A DNA stretch of 64,000 nt from positions 14,790,150 through 14,854,149 of the forward strand of contig NC_134026.1 in NCBI RefSeq assembly GCF_964204645.1, in the 5' to 3' direction. Every line of letters starts with the position of its first letter. The stretch's first letter is position 1. The stretch is from Tubulanus polymorphus (Eukaryota; Animalia; Nemertea). This document shows, piece by piece, positions 1 through 13,389 of this stretch. The position numbers and the translations under genes are program-made. The notes beneath the pieces are model-generated. The model did not search any database. It worked only from the letters and a program-made list of their open reading frames with translations, and was not told the origin of the DNA.

Positions 1-169
1 TAGAAAAATTAATTTGTGTTAAATGTTAAAACTAGCTGTCTGAAGTTTCTGTTGTCTGTATGCGCTCGTTGGTAATTCACAGACAATAGCTGCTCTCTCA
101 ACAACGACTAGCAAGGAGTGAGTAAATCAAAACGCGTCATGACAGGAGGGTTGGAAGAAAAGAGAGGGA

Positions 170-603
170 GGAGGGAGAGGGAGAGGGAGAGGGAGAGGGA
201 GAGGGAGAGGGAGAGGGAGAGGGAGAGGGAGAGGGAGAGGGAGAGGGAGAGGGAGAGGGAGAGGGAGAGGGAGAGGGAGAGGGAGAGGGAGAGGGAGAGG
301 GAGAGGGAGAGGGAGAGGGAGAGGGAGAGGGAGAGGGAGAGGGAGAGGGAGAGGGAGAGGGAGAGGGAGAGGGAGAGGGAGAGGGAGAGGGAGAGGGAGA
401 GGGAGAGGGAGAGGGAGAGGGAGAGGGAGAGGGAGAGGGAGAGGGAGAGGGAGAGGGAGAGGGAGAGGGAGAGGGAGAGGGAGAGGGAGAGGGAGAGGGA
501 GAGGGAGAGGGAGAGGGAGAGGGAGAGGGAGAGGGAGAGGGAGAGGGAGAGGGAGAGGGAGAGGGAGAGGGAGAGGGAGAGGGAGAGGGAGAGGGAGAGG
601 GAG
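170..603. repeat. (GAGAGG)n hexamer microsatellite
   Basis: Perfect GAGAGG run of about 430 bp; it accounts for the spurious RE/SL/SP ORFs. Confidence 0.98.
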
Positions 604-3600
604 GAGAGAATCTGTACCCTAGTAAGACGAGTGTCGACAGCAGGATAGGGGAAGCTTCGGAACGATAGGGATTCATATACAATAGGGATTAGGAAAATCA
701 TTCTTTGTTCAAAGTAAATAAAATATATTATCTTCAAGATTATCATCCGGTATTTCAATTTATTCATTCGGATTTGTGCACGGATACGTTCTCTCGCCAG
801 GGCCTTACTCAAGTACTTTATAGATAACGATTAAAGAGAGGATTGTGACCGGTGTATCACAATAATCATACCTGAACAATCCACAACGCGTCCTTTAAAC
901 GCGGGATAATAAATGGCCTTCGACTTTTTCTGTTCCACTTCCATTCGAATCCACTCTAATGAATCTAATCATTCAATGATCCACTATGTGTTTCACCTCA
1001 AACAAAGAAGCGGTGTCACTTTAGGTCCAGTTGTCAATGATCCCCTAATATACATTGTCATCCATTAATGCGTTTTGCAATCATTATGAGAATATAATAC
1101 TGAATAGATCGTGAAAGCCTGTGAAAACGGCGTGAAAACGTGTTGCTTAACAATGGCAATATGGCTGCCACCGCGCAGGGGTGCTTGGGAGTTTAATTGA
1201 AATAGATTATTTAATTATTAATAAGTTTTACATCTGCATTTTAGTTCTTTTAGAATTTAAGAATAATCGTGATTAGTGATATTTAATTAGTAAAAAAATT
1301 ACTTATACGAAGTTATTATGAAGCTAAGGCAAAATCAATTAAGTAAGTTGAAAATAACGATTCAGTGAAGAAATGACGATCATTTTAATATACGCTGTAT
1401 TATAAAAATAGACAAAAAGGTGCATGAATAAGGCCTGTTACTATTTAATTCAACATTTAGATGAGATTATTTTGTCTAGGTTGTTTTTCTGTTCATTGAA
1501 AACCATTTAATCGGAGCTCGTCAGTTCATCAGTGAGGTTTTCATTTTAGTAGTGTTCCAAAATGGAATACAAATAACATAAAGGGTGCGATTCAAGAATA
1601 GGGGACTATAGCAATATATATGTAGTGATAGTAATCAATTAAGTAATAATATTAGTAATTGATAATGATGATATATATTGATAGTAATGTATATAGTAAT
1701 TAATGATGATTAGGGAACTAAACGATAGCGTATCTACGCGCCAACTCTTGGAACATACTCTATAAAGATCCGGGTGTCAAGTTTCAAATTTCTCTAAAAC
1801 AGACAATTTATATTCGGATAACAATTCAAATGACATCGCTCAAAAGTATTAGTAGCTATATTCAAAAACCGCACTATAGGTTGTAGAAGTATAAGAAGTT
1901 TATAGGATAAATAATAGTCCACGGACATCAATCACTGTTTACAAGTCACTCATAATTAGTGACCGATCGGCCACCTGCGCCTCTTGACTAATTTATAATT
2001 ATCCCACTCAATTCTATACAAAATCGCAGTTACGACGCCTTCAAACTCATCAGTTTTTGTCAAAGAACACGGCCCAATATTCCCGATTCAAAAAGAGTTT
2101 TATATCACGTATATATTTCAACCTTCGGATTAAAGAAGAGATCATAGTGTTTTTGAACCACTCAAACTACGCAAACTTAAACCGATTTACTGAATACCCG
2201 CGCTCCGGTCTGAATATATTTGACACATGTTCAAGATCGGTTCCCTTATACATAGCTTTACTCGATCCTAATAACTCTAAATAAGCGTAGTTCATCTAAT
2301 AGAATTATATTTAAGAACTTAGAATTAAAACAGACGTATTAGTAAGACTTTTCTATCAAAACTCGTCACCCGTAATTAGGGCTAATTAACCACCCGCGCT
2401 CACTCAGTAATTTAGATCTTACGGGTTATAACTTCCTACTAAATCGCCGACGCCGCGCTGTCTAATTCATCCAATTTTCGGTAGAATACCGCGTAGATAT
2501 TTCAAAATCCGCTCTTAAAAGCTTTAGAATACGGAGAAAACTTGATTAACTAAGAACCGGATTTCACCATTTACGACTATTTAGTAAACACGCGTATATC
2601 GGAATACGCCTCGGCCGCGCACCGCTAATTAACGCATCTAAACTAATTAGGAATTAGGCAATTTTGAAACTGAACTCGGACATATTTCGAACATTCCGGT
2701 TCACGTATATTAATAATACATATTCTAGATTTCACTTTATAGAAAACACTTTGAGTATTTATTAAGTTATATCGAAATAAACTTTTCAACTCTATATTAG
2801 ACACGCCGTTCTTTAGATCTTTAGAACTATACATCAAAGCAAACTATTCAACAGCTAGATCAAGGGCCATAATTAGTGCTGTTTTCTAGTCACTCTGGAT
2901 CAAAGGCATAATTAGTCAGACCCCTAGTTTGTCTATTAGCTTGATCACAGAAGTACAATTAGTCTAGATCACAAGGTCTCTGTGGTCACTTAACTTCTAA
3001 CTCAAATACTGTTCACTTGTTGCGCGCTGCGTGTATAAAAACCCGTGTCTAATCCTAGTTCAGCAGTTATTTTCGGTTACTTTCGTGGTGTCCTGTGTGG
3101 GAGAACGCACTTGGCACGCAGCAAAGTTCGGGTAAAAACCTCAACTTGGTTGTAAAAATTGTTTAAACTGCGTGTAAGTGCCGTAGATTAGGTATTTTTA
3201 CTGTTGCTCTACGTAATTTGATGAAAGGTGATTTCTCCTTATCCTAAGATCGAAGATCGTATCAACAGGTTTCGCGACAAGAACATTCCCTGGGTCTAGT
3301 TAGGCAGTTTCGTAAGTCCTTCCTTAGATCCAGTTCATCTTCATTTCATATCATTTTCATCCCATCACGAAACATTTCCAAAAACTAAACACCCAGTCTT
3401 AGGTCAGAGAGATCAGAGTTGCACGTCCTGAGGAGCTAACTGAGTCCTCCCAGGGCATACTTTGACGGCCACACAATAGAGGCTTGCTCTCTTTTAAAAT
3501 AGGTTTAGGTTAGGTTTAGGACTAAAACCACACATATCATACCATATATTACACACATTATTATACATATTATTATCCGTATATACTGCAAGTTATCGTC

Positions 3601-4020
3601 GTAACAGTATACAGTATACAGTATACGTTAGAGAATTAGTTCGGAATACAAATAGTCTTTCATCTAGATTACGTGCGTTGCGGAAATTCGAGTACGCACA
3701 CACGTATACATTATCCATACGTATTTCGTCGATTCAAAATTCGTCACGCTCCGTTGCATTTTCTTTTGTTCGTAGCCATAGTTACAACAAAGCACACTGG
3801 TCTTGACTCGCCACGCTCTATTGCGTTACTATTAGCTACTTTCTATTGAACTGACACGACACCGAGATTCGTCCTAATCCGGCAAGCTCTGCCAAATTCG
3901 TCATCGGTTACTCTGAAAAGATTGAAACCGTACAATCTGTAGTTCTATATAAACACGAACATACATTTATATTTATATATACCCGTTAAATGATCTACCC
4001 TTTTCAATCGGCGTTTGAAT

Positions 4021-5129
4021 ATGTCTGTTTTACGATCACCTCCAGCCAGACGTGATCCGGAACCATCGACCTCGTCGCCGGTGGTCCTTGAAAAATCCAG
4101 TAAGCGAATATCTCCTAGTGAACATTTTGTTGAATTCGTTCGGGAAAAACTCTCTAGAACACCTACAAAAAGACAAGATGCATTAGCGTCTCCGGTTCTA
4201 AGAGAACCATCCACTACATACGCCGAGGTCGTTGCAGTAACCCCGGCAGTGAACACAAACATAGAAAATCCAATCTTACCAGTAAAAGTTAACGCAGAAC
4301 CGACTTCGAAAAAAGGCCAGCGTGCGAGTCACCGTCGGACGACGGACAGAGACGAAGTAAGGTTCGGTCGACGGATGACGGTATTTGTCGCCCGATTATT
4401 GTAACCAGAGTAGCTAAATATATGAGCGAACCAGTATTCATCAGAACCTTAGTCAAAGAAATTCCAAACGTTAAAATCAAGTCTATCAAACGTCTCATGT
4501 CCGGCGATTACCGAGTTAATCCGGAAACGTACCGCGATATGAAACTGATCCTAAATTCTCAAAATACCACTTTCGAAAAATATGATATATCTTTTTATAA
4601 GCTCGAAAAACAAATAGATTACATCGTCGTTATCAACAATGTCGCTGAGTACAGCGAAAGAGACATAGATATCGCTCTTAAAGACCACTCAATCACTCCA
4701 AAATACACGACAAAAATGAAATCGGCAGCAACGAACAGAACAACAGATAAGATTAAAGTCGCTCTATCAGAAAAAACAGACTACGATTTTCTGTTAAGCA
4801 ATGGACTCGAGATTTTCGCCGGTGTGAGGAAGAAATGCGTAGCTTATAGACGCAGCCCAACACTACTCCAATGTAGGAAATGCCAGATGTTTGGGCATAA
4901 TCAATATAACTGCACAGAAGACAAAGCAATTTGCGCGAAGTGCGCCCACTTTCACCAAACTTATGAGTGTAAAATAAAAGAAAATTACGTTTGTTCGAAC
5001 TGCGGTGGAGAACACCGCAGTTTCGACAAAGCCTGCACATTTGTGCAGGAAGAAATTAAAAAGAAACAACGAGAGAGATCTAGGTCGAGGTCGAGGTCGA
5101 AATCCAACTCCAGACCGGGGTGTCACTAA
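4021..5129 (+). pseudogene. Non-LTR retrotransposon (LINE) ORF1, gag-like, frameshifted and 3'-truncated
   Basis: Three CCHC knuckles (CRKCQMFGHNQYNC, CAKCAHFHQTYEC, CSNCGGEHRSFDKAC); ORFs 4015-4404 and 4422-5129 appear joined by a frameshift; cut off by the foldback element at 5117. Confidence 0.8.
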
Positions 5130-5781
5130 ACCTAAGACCCCCTAAACCTAAGACCTAAGACCCGTTAGGTCTTATGTTTAGGGGGTCTTAGGTTTAGTGA
5201 CACCTATATATAATATACTAAACCTAAGACCCATAAACCTAAGACCCCCAAATATCTCGTCCAAAGTACACAAATAACGAATTAGAGCCAGGTCTTATGT
5301 TTATGGGTCTTAGGTTTAGTGACACCTATATATAATATACTAAACCTAAGACCCATAAACCTAAGACCCCCAAATATCTCGTCTCTGATAAATAAACTAA
5401 ATTTTAATAGGCCATCGATGGATCATTTTAACTAATATCTATATATTAGAACCATTTCGAATAGTCTAAAGTACACAAATAATAACTTAGAGTCGGGTCT
5501 TAGGTTTATGGGTCTTAGGTTTAGTGACACACCTATATATAACATACTAAACAGACTATTCGAAATGGTTCTAATACATAGATATTAGTTAAAATGATCC
5601 ATCGATGGCCTATTTAAATTTGGTTCATTTATCAGAGACGAGATATTTGGGGGTCTTAGGTTTATGGGTCTTAGGTTTAGTATATTATATATAGGTGTCA
5701 CTAAACCTAAGACCCCCTAAACATAAGACCTAACGGGTCTTAGGTCTTAGGTTTAGGGGGTCTTAGGTTTAGTGACACCCC
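5117..5781. mobile_element. Foldback/MITE with nested inverted repeats
   Basis: Begins GGGGTGTCACTAAACCTAAGACC and ends GGTCTTAGGTTTAGTGACACCCC; many internal copies of the motif in both orientations; long inverted arms. Confidence 0.8.
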
Positions 5782-7005
5782 TCAAGTGTACTTACTTCTT
5801 GTTTAACGGCGGTTACTACCTTCAAGTCCATGGTGCTGCTATGGGTTCACCAGTCTCACCCATCGTATGCAATCTATACATGGAAGAGTTTGAACAGTTA
5901 GCCTTAAGGACGGCATTACATCCTCCCAGGTGGTGGAAACGGTATGTCGATGATACATACACAGTATTGAAGAAGCAGTACGCCGAAGAATTTAGTACCC
6001 ATCTGAACCAAGTGGACGATGACATAAAATGGACATCGGAAGCTGAATCGGTCAATGTTTTACCGAGTATTGACTATGGTGGTGACAGTAGGACGGAACG
6101 ATCTATTGCGTTCTTAGACACGCTATCGGTGGTAAACAGTGACCACACTATCCGTACGAGAGTATACAGGAAAGACACTCATACCGACCAGTACCTGAAC
6201 GTCAATAGCAACCACCCCCTAGAACACAAGAAGGGTGTTGTGAGAACGTTGAACCACAGGGCGGAAAGTGTCGTATCGGATCCAGTGGATAAGTTAGAGG
6301 AGGTCAACTATGTAAAGAAGGCTCTGAGTTTTAACGACTATCCTGCCTGGATCACGTCACCGAACCCATGCAAACCGGCTAATAATACTAAGGAAGCTAC
6401 ACAATCCGAAAGGTGGAAAGTCGCTCCCGTCGTGATGCCATATATTAAGGGTACCTCAGAACAGTTACGTCGGGTTATGAAACGATACGGAGTACCGGTG
6501 TTCTTCAAACCCATGAACACTCTACGGCAGATTTTGGTTAGACCTAAGGACAAACTGGATAAATCGAGAGTAGCGAGTCCGGTGTATCAAGTGCGAACAG
6601 TGTAGTGACTCGTATGTAGGTGAAACCGAACGATCCTTAAGAGCCAGATTCGGGGAACACAGACACCCCAGCTCCGTTACGTCAGAGGTGTCGAAACACC
6701 TTCATGTCGACCAACCGGGTCACACAGTTGACATTGACAACGTTAGGATTCTCGGTGTTGAACCCAGATGGTTTGAGAGAGGTGTCAAAGAAGCAATCCA
6801 CATCCGTACATTGCACCCTTCTCTCAACAAAGACGGGGGCCGTTTTCATCTCCCGGCCGTCTGGAACAACGTGCTGTCCCGTTCTATGGAGGGGGGCACA
6901 CACACAGCTGATTCTCGAGGGAATACCGGAATCCCGGATGACGTCAGCAGTGACATCATCAGTGTGATCAAGCCTGTAGGAACAGGCGAAAGCTAACAAG
7001 TAAGT
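5782..7005 (+). mobile_element. Penelope-like retroelement, 5'-truncated (RT C-terminal half plus GIY-YIG endonuclease)
   Basis: GAAMGSPVSPIVCNLYME, RYVDD, FLD and YRKDTHTDQYL motifs; after a frameshift near 6600, GIY-YIG motif YVGETERSLRARFGEH and ERGVKEAIHI...LNKDGG. Confidence 0.92.
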
Positions 7006-7544
7006 TTCGTTAATTATTCGGAGTTCCTACGGTTCAAATTAGGATACTAAAAATTAATCATATATATTAAATGAATGATAACTTTAATTATTACAATAAA
7101 TTCTTACAAAATAATCTGTAACAGCAAAATTATTATAGGATCGAGATCAGAAAATATTTGCTGAAGGCACATATAAAAAAACTACATGTATAAAATTTCG
7201 TGAAGTTCAATGGAAAGAAACTTTAAAATTCCTCAAAATATACGTGGACATACGAAAATACATTATTTTTCTAAAATATCAATAATATCTTATCGTCTCA
7301 AAACTATATAGCATGCATACCGGTCATTCAAGACTATCACAAAACAATATCACCGGTATCATAATTACAAAAAAAAACAAATCATATTTAACATGCATGT
7401 GTAAAAAAGTACACGTTTTCCTAAAATGTTGCCACAATTGAAAATTATTTAGTCTTTAACATTTACATGAGAAAAATGTATAAGCTCAAAACTATAATCG
7501 CATACATTCAATCAAGATTATTACAAAACAATATTACTGATATC

Positions 7545-8270
7545 TAAATCATTATTCTCAGATTATTCTAAAGGCACAATTTGCACCTTCTATACACATC
7601 CAAAAATATTACAGCAGGCATTACCGATATCTTAAATCATTATTCTCAGATTATTCTAAAGGTACAATTTGCACATTCTATACACATCCAAAAATATTAC
7701 AGCAGGCATTACCGATATCTTAAATCATTATTCTCAGATTATTCTAAAGGTACAATTTGCACATTCTATACACATCCAAAAATATTACAGCAGGCATTAC
7801 CGATATCTTAAATCATTATTCTCAGATTATTCTAAAGGTACAATTTGCACATTCTATACACATCCAAAAATATTACAGCAGGCATTACCGATATCTTAAA
7901 TCATTATTCTCAGATTATTCTAAAGACATAATTTGCACATTCTATACACATCCAAAAATATTACAGCAGGCATTACCGATATCTTAAATCATTATTCTCA
8001 GATTATTCTAAAGGTACAATTTGCACATTCTATACACATCCAAAAATATTACAGCAGGCATTACCGATATCTTAAATCATTATTCTCAGATTATTCTAAA
8101 GGTACAATTTGCACATTCTATACACATCCAAAAATATTACAGCAGGCATTACCGATATCTTAAATCATTATTCTCAGATAGACATCAAAAAATATTACAG
8201 TAGGCATTACCGACATCTTAAATCATTATTCTCAGATTATTCTAAAGGCACAATTTGTACATTATATACA
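7545..8270. repeat. 88-bp tandem repeat, about 8 copies
   Basis: Unit AAATCATTATTCTCAGATTATTCTAAAGG... recurs every 88 bp. Confidence 0.95.
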
Positions 8271-9768
8271 GAGTCATCCAAAAATATTACGGTAGGCTCC
8301 GCTAAAAAAATGTGTCCAACTTCAGTGATATCCGAGTTTTAGTGTTGTAAAAAATATTTCAACAAGCATCAGAGTTCAACAGTAATCCGAGTTGGTCGGA
8401 TCTGACTTGAGCGGAGTTTACTGTACCATAATGGAAATAAAAGTGTAGTCAATTTCAATAAGTACTTTTCCAAGAAAAAGAATATCATTTATCTCAAATC
8501 ATATTACACATATTATATCATACATTTTCCTAAAATGCTATGCTACATTATTTTAGTCCCAAAAATAATACTTGCAATTTCAGCTATTCTAGATTTGCCA
8601 CACGCATGGAGACAAGTTATAGAAGATAGGATTTAATAAAATAGTACTTAATATCATTGGTAGAAAAAGAAATTGGGATGGATGAATGGACAGAGTGCGC
8701 CCTAACTGTTCGCGATTCATAAGCTTGGTAACATAGCTCCTATGGCTTAACTAGGCATCTGCTTCACTGTCACTTTCATTAACGGTTACTAAATTTTCAT
8801 TCCTTGCAGTTGTCTGAAACAAACAATGACACAGTTAGCCTTACAAAAAACCATTAAAAATATTAGTAGATAAATGCCAGGATTATATTATTTCTTACCT
8901 TTTCCGCCAAATAAGAAGAGCCTCCAGGTTTTTGAGGGGCCAATTTGAGAAAGTTTCCAATCGCAAGATCAACATCTGTTTGGCTTGAGTTCTTGCTGGC
9001 ATAACAAGCACCTGAAAAACATTGATAGGTTCAATCTTAGTTAAGTATAAAAAGTGTTAAGTAAAACAAAAAAAAGCAGAACTGAATACCGGTAAGTTTT
9101 TGGAACTTGATATCATTCAACCTTTTTAGAGCAAAATCTAGAAAATAACAGGAAAAATGCGCACAGCCAAACCTGCTTAATTCGGATCTGCTTTATCCGG
9201 ATTTTGGTCTAATCGGGACAATATTTGCAGTTCATTTGTTCTTAAATATACCAAAAAGTGACTTTTAATCCAGATTTCTCATAAACCGGATGAATTTTAT
9301 GTATGTCCCAAATGATCCGAACTATTGCGGATTCTACTGCATTCTACATGCAGGTTTTCAGAAAATTAACTCTTTTCAGCAATATTATTGATATTATAGA
9401 ATGTTTTTACTCACGAACTATTACTGCATAGTTTGGTTTCGATGAAAGCGCGCTTCTTTTTTCGGCCCTTTAGAGAAAAACCTGACCATCTGTTATTCGT
9501 CCCCAGGGCTCTTAACATTCTCCTTGCCACATCTCCAGTACTTTGTCCCCCGATCGAAGGTAAGATTGCTAAATAAAATCCAATAAAAGCAAAAATGAGT
9601 GGTTAGCAAAAAAGAAAAGAAAAAACATTGTTTACTCATAATATATATCTTGTATGTACATGACACTAATACATGTACACATACCAAAGATTTTCTATAG
9701 TTCTTGTCTTCAAGCTTTAGATTCAATTCATCAAAATCTTCCACCGAATCCATTCTTTAGGGAATATC

Positions 9769-10150
9769 AGTAATAGGGGTAATGGGCTTTCAGATCAAAG
9801 GTCGAAGGGTCGAGCTCGTAAAAAATGAAAATAACAATAATTTACAGTTGAATTAGTCGCGCACACTCCTAATTCAACTGTAAATTATTGTTATTTTCAT
9901 TTTTTACTCACTCGCCCCTTCAACCTTTGATATGAAAGCCTATTATCCCTATTACTCTTAAAATATTCATATATATGAATAAAATATAAATCATTGAACT
10001 TCTAAAATCAATTTTAATAAAAAATTTAGTATTAAAATGGAAGCAAATAAGTACTACTGCCCAACATGTAATATCAATATAGATAAATCCCAAAAAGCAA
10101 GACACAATAAAACTAAAACACATTTAGAGAATAAATTGAAATTAGAATAT
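9769..10150 (+). repeat. Left TIR, including an ~188-bp terminal palindrome (9769-9956)
   Basis: Reverse complement of 32470-32852; AGTAATAGGG...CCCTATTACT is self-complementary. Confidence 0.93.
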
Positions 10151-12978
10151 AAAGATGATATATTAGAAACTAAATTAAATGAATTAAAGAATGAAAAAGA
10201 AACATAAAAATGTGATACATGTAATCAATCATTCAGTGATAAAAGATATTATAAAGAACATTTAAAATCTATAAGTCATATTAGAAATAAGAATAATGAT
10301 ATTTTAGGTGAAGATTATTTTGATAATGATAACGATAAGAAACAGAAGACAATTAAAAGAATAAGAAATAAATTAAACAATAAAAGACCATACATGGAAG
10401 ATGTAAGAAATTATATTAATTCATTAGATAATAAAAAAGATATAGAGATAACCGAAGCATCTAAAAGTGATATTGGTCCAGCAGCTATCGAGTTTAAATT
10501 TCATAAAGGAAAAACATTAGAAGAAAATAAAAAACATTTAGAAAATATGAAAAATATTATAAAAATAATTACTGATGTTGAATATCCTAAAATTAGTATA
10601 TCAGTTAAAGTAAAGTTTATAAAATCTGAAGATAAACCAATATATAATATAAATTCTCATTCACAACATATTATATCTAAACAACATATAGATGATAAAT
10701 TAGATAAATGTTATAATGAAGTAAAAACTAAAATAAAAGAGAAATATTTTGAAGGATCTGGTTTAATATTTGATGAGATAATATTTATGACTTTACGTGT
10801 TTATAACACAAAATATAATAAGTTAACTAAATCAAAACCAATAGATGAAAATAATTTATCATATTATAAAGATGATAGTATAAATGGAACAAGTTATATT
10901 AAACTACCATTTAAAACTAATGCTGTAATAAATGTACAAAATTTTGATAATAAATGTTTTCTATGGGCTATAATAAGTTGTTTACATCCAACAGAAGATA
11001 TTACACATAGTTTTAGATTAACTCATTATAAACAATTTGAAAAAAATTATAAGATAGATAAGTATCCTGTTATAATTAAAGACATCCCAAAGATAGAAAG
11101 AGATAATAATTTAAAGATAAATGTATTTGATTTAATCAAATTACCAAATACAAAAGGTAACAATATAAAACATTATACATTAGAACCTTTATATCTATCA
11201 AAAGATTATGATTCAAACGATGTTATAGATATACTATATTATGAGAATCATTATATGTGGATTAAACAAATAGATTTATTTTTTATTTTTTAGAACAGAA
11301 AGTGATCACCATAATAAAATATATCTTTGTAGAAAATGTTTACATAGATTCAGTAATGAAAGTACGATATTAAATCATAAACAATTATGTGAAAATCATG
11401 ATTATTGTAAATTAGTTTTACCAAATGAAAAAGATAAAATATTAGAATTCAAAAAATATGATTAGAAAAATAAAGTACCATTTGTTATATATGGAGATTT
11501 TGAATCATTAAATAAAGAATTAACTGATCAAGATAGAAAAGAAATATATTATAAAAGAAAGAAATTAAATTCTAATGAAAATGATTTTTCAGATGAACCA
11601 CCAAAAACAAATACAATTAAAAAGATTCATCAATCAGCTGCTGCTTTCGGGTTATATATTAAATCTGATTATCCAGAACTAATTGAAAGTGAATATTATC
11701 ATTATAGAAATGAAAATGTTATCAATCATTTTTGTGACTTATTGATTGAATATGAAATAAGATTTAGTAAATTATTGAATACAAATATAGAAATTATAAT
11801 GACAGAAGAAGATAAAGAAGAATTTGAGTTTTCAGATAAATGTTATTATTGTGAAAAGATATTTAATTATAAAGATAAAAAAGTAAGAGACCATGATCAT
11901 TTGAACGGAAAGTTTAGAGGCGCTGCACATGAGAATTGTTACTTACAAGCTAAGAAAATTAACTTTGTACCAGTTATATTTTAGAATCTATCAGGATATG
12001 ATGCACATTTATTCATCAAACAGTTATGTCATAAAATAGAAGAAATCAATAATGAAATAGAAATATTAAATTCAAATAGATCAAAAGATAAAATACCAAC
12101 TTATAAATTTAGAATGTTAGCTAAAACATCTGAGAATTATATATCATTCCAATTTGGTTGCCTAAGATTTATAGATTCATATAGAAATCTAGCTTATTGT
12201 CCCGAACATAAAACTGTAACTCATGAAGAATTATCAAATTATCAAAAAAGAATTAAACCCGAAAATCATATTCATACAGAAAAGTTAATGGTAACTCAAG
12301 AAGATAAATATAATTATGTAGTACATTATAGAATGTTAAAATTCTATTTGAATCAAGGAATGATTCTAAAAAAAGTACATAGATATATTTCATTTAGTCA
12401 ATCTAAGTGGTAAGAAAAATATATAGATTTTAACACCAAACAGAGAACTGAAGCTAAAACTGATTTCGAAAAAGATTTCTTCAAGTTAATGAATAATGCA
12501 TTCTATGGTAAGACTTGTGAAAATATTAGAAATAGAAATGATATTGAGTTAGTAAGTAATGGCAAAAGGATAAGGTATTTACAAACATATCCTAAGTTCA
12601 TTGGTAACAGAATATTTGATGAAAGCCGCAGTTAAGATGAGAAGAACATCAATGAAATTTAATAAACCAATCTATGTTGGCGCTTCAGTTTTAGAATTAT
12701 CTAAATTACTAATGTATGAATTCTATTATAATGTATTACAACCACTTTTTGGAGAAAAACATATAGAAATACTATATTTTGATACAGATTCTTACATATT
12801 AAAGATAAAAACTGATAACATAACTGATGATTTAAAAACATTAAAACATCATTTTGATTTTAGTAATTATCCTAAAGATCATGAATTGTTTAGCAATGAT
12901 AATAAAAAAGTTCCAGGGAAGTTTAAGGATGAATTAGGCGGCGAAGAAATGATTGAATTCATTGGTATTAGATCTAAA
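10037..12978 (+). pseudogene. Protein-primed family B DNA polymerase, copy 1 (stops, internal deletion, 3'-truncated)
   Basis: Close paralog of 16963-20980; YGDFES, FFKLMNNAFYGK and YFDTDS motifs; ~760-bp deletion at TAGA microhomology near 12185. Confidence 0.92.
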
Positions 12979-12979
12979 A

Positions 12980-13369
12980 TTGGTTTTCTGATTGGATGCC
13001 TTGAAATATCATATTATTTCTATTTTCTTTAGTTAACCATAAATCTTTATAATGCATAAATAAATTAGAATCATCTAATGAGAAAACTGTGTCTGGACCA
13101 ATCTTTATAATTAATTTTTTAATCAAATATCTTCCAACATTATCAACAACGTAATTATTATTATTGCCAGTTACTTTTATATCGGCTGATAAATAAATAC
13201 TATTTGGAACATAAAAAGTATTTTGTGTTAATCGAGGAATTCTAACATATAAAGTTTCATCAGGATTAATATTAGAAGGATTATGAGTAATTATATGATG
13301 TGATCTTTCTGCTTTAATAGCATTAGATATTCTATGATTCTTAGAAGGACTTATATAACTCCCACTCAT
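12980..13369 (-). pseudogene. Putative major capsid protein, N-terminal fragment (inverted duplicate)
   Basis: Nearly identical to the first ~130 aa of the 26741 ORF. Confidence 0.8.
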
Positions 13370-13389
13370 TTATTTAACAAAAAAATTAA

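Noticed and set aside
170-603. GAGAGG array as a telomere or LINE target
   Set aside because: It is internal, is not a known animal telomere repeat, and has no junction with the LINE
108-812. ORFs of RE, SL and SP dipeptides
   Set aside because: Translations of the GAGAGG microsatellite
800-3950. Coding genes upstream of LINE ORF1
   Set aside because: Only short ORFs without motifs; a TATA-like site near 3035 is not enough to call a promoter
7545-8342. Repeated 76-aa ORFs or a CRISPR-like array
   Set aside because: Identical 88-bp units with no unique spacers; eukaryotic context; no cas genes
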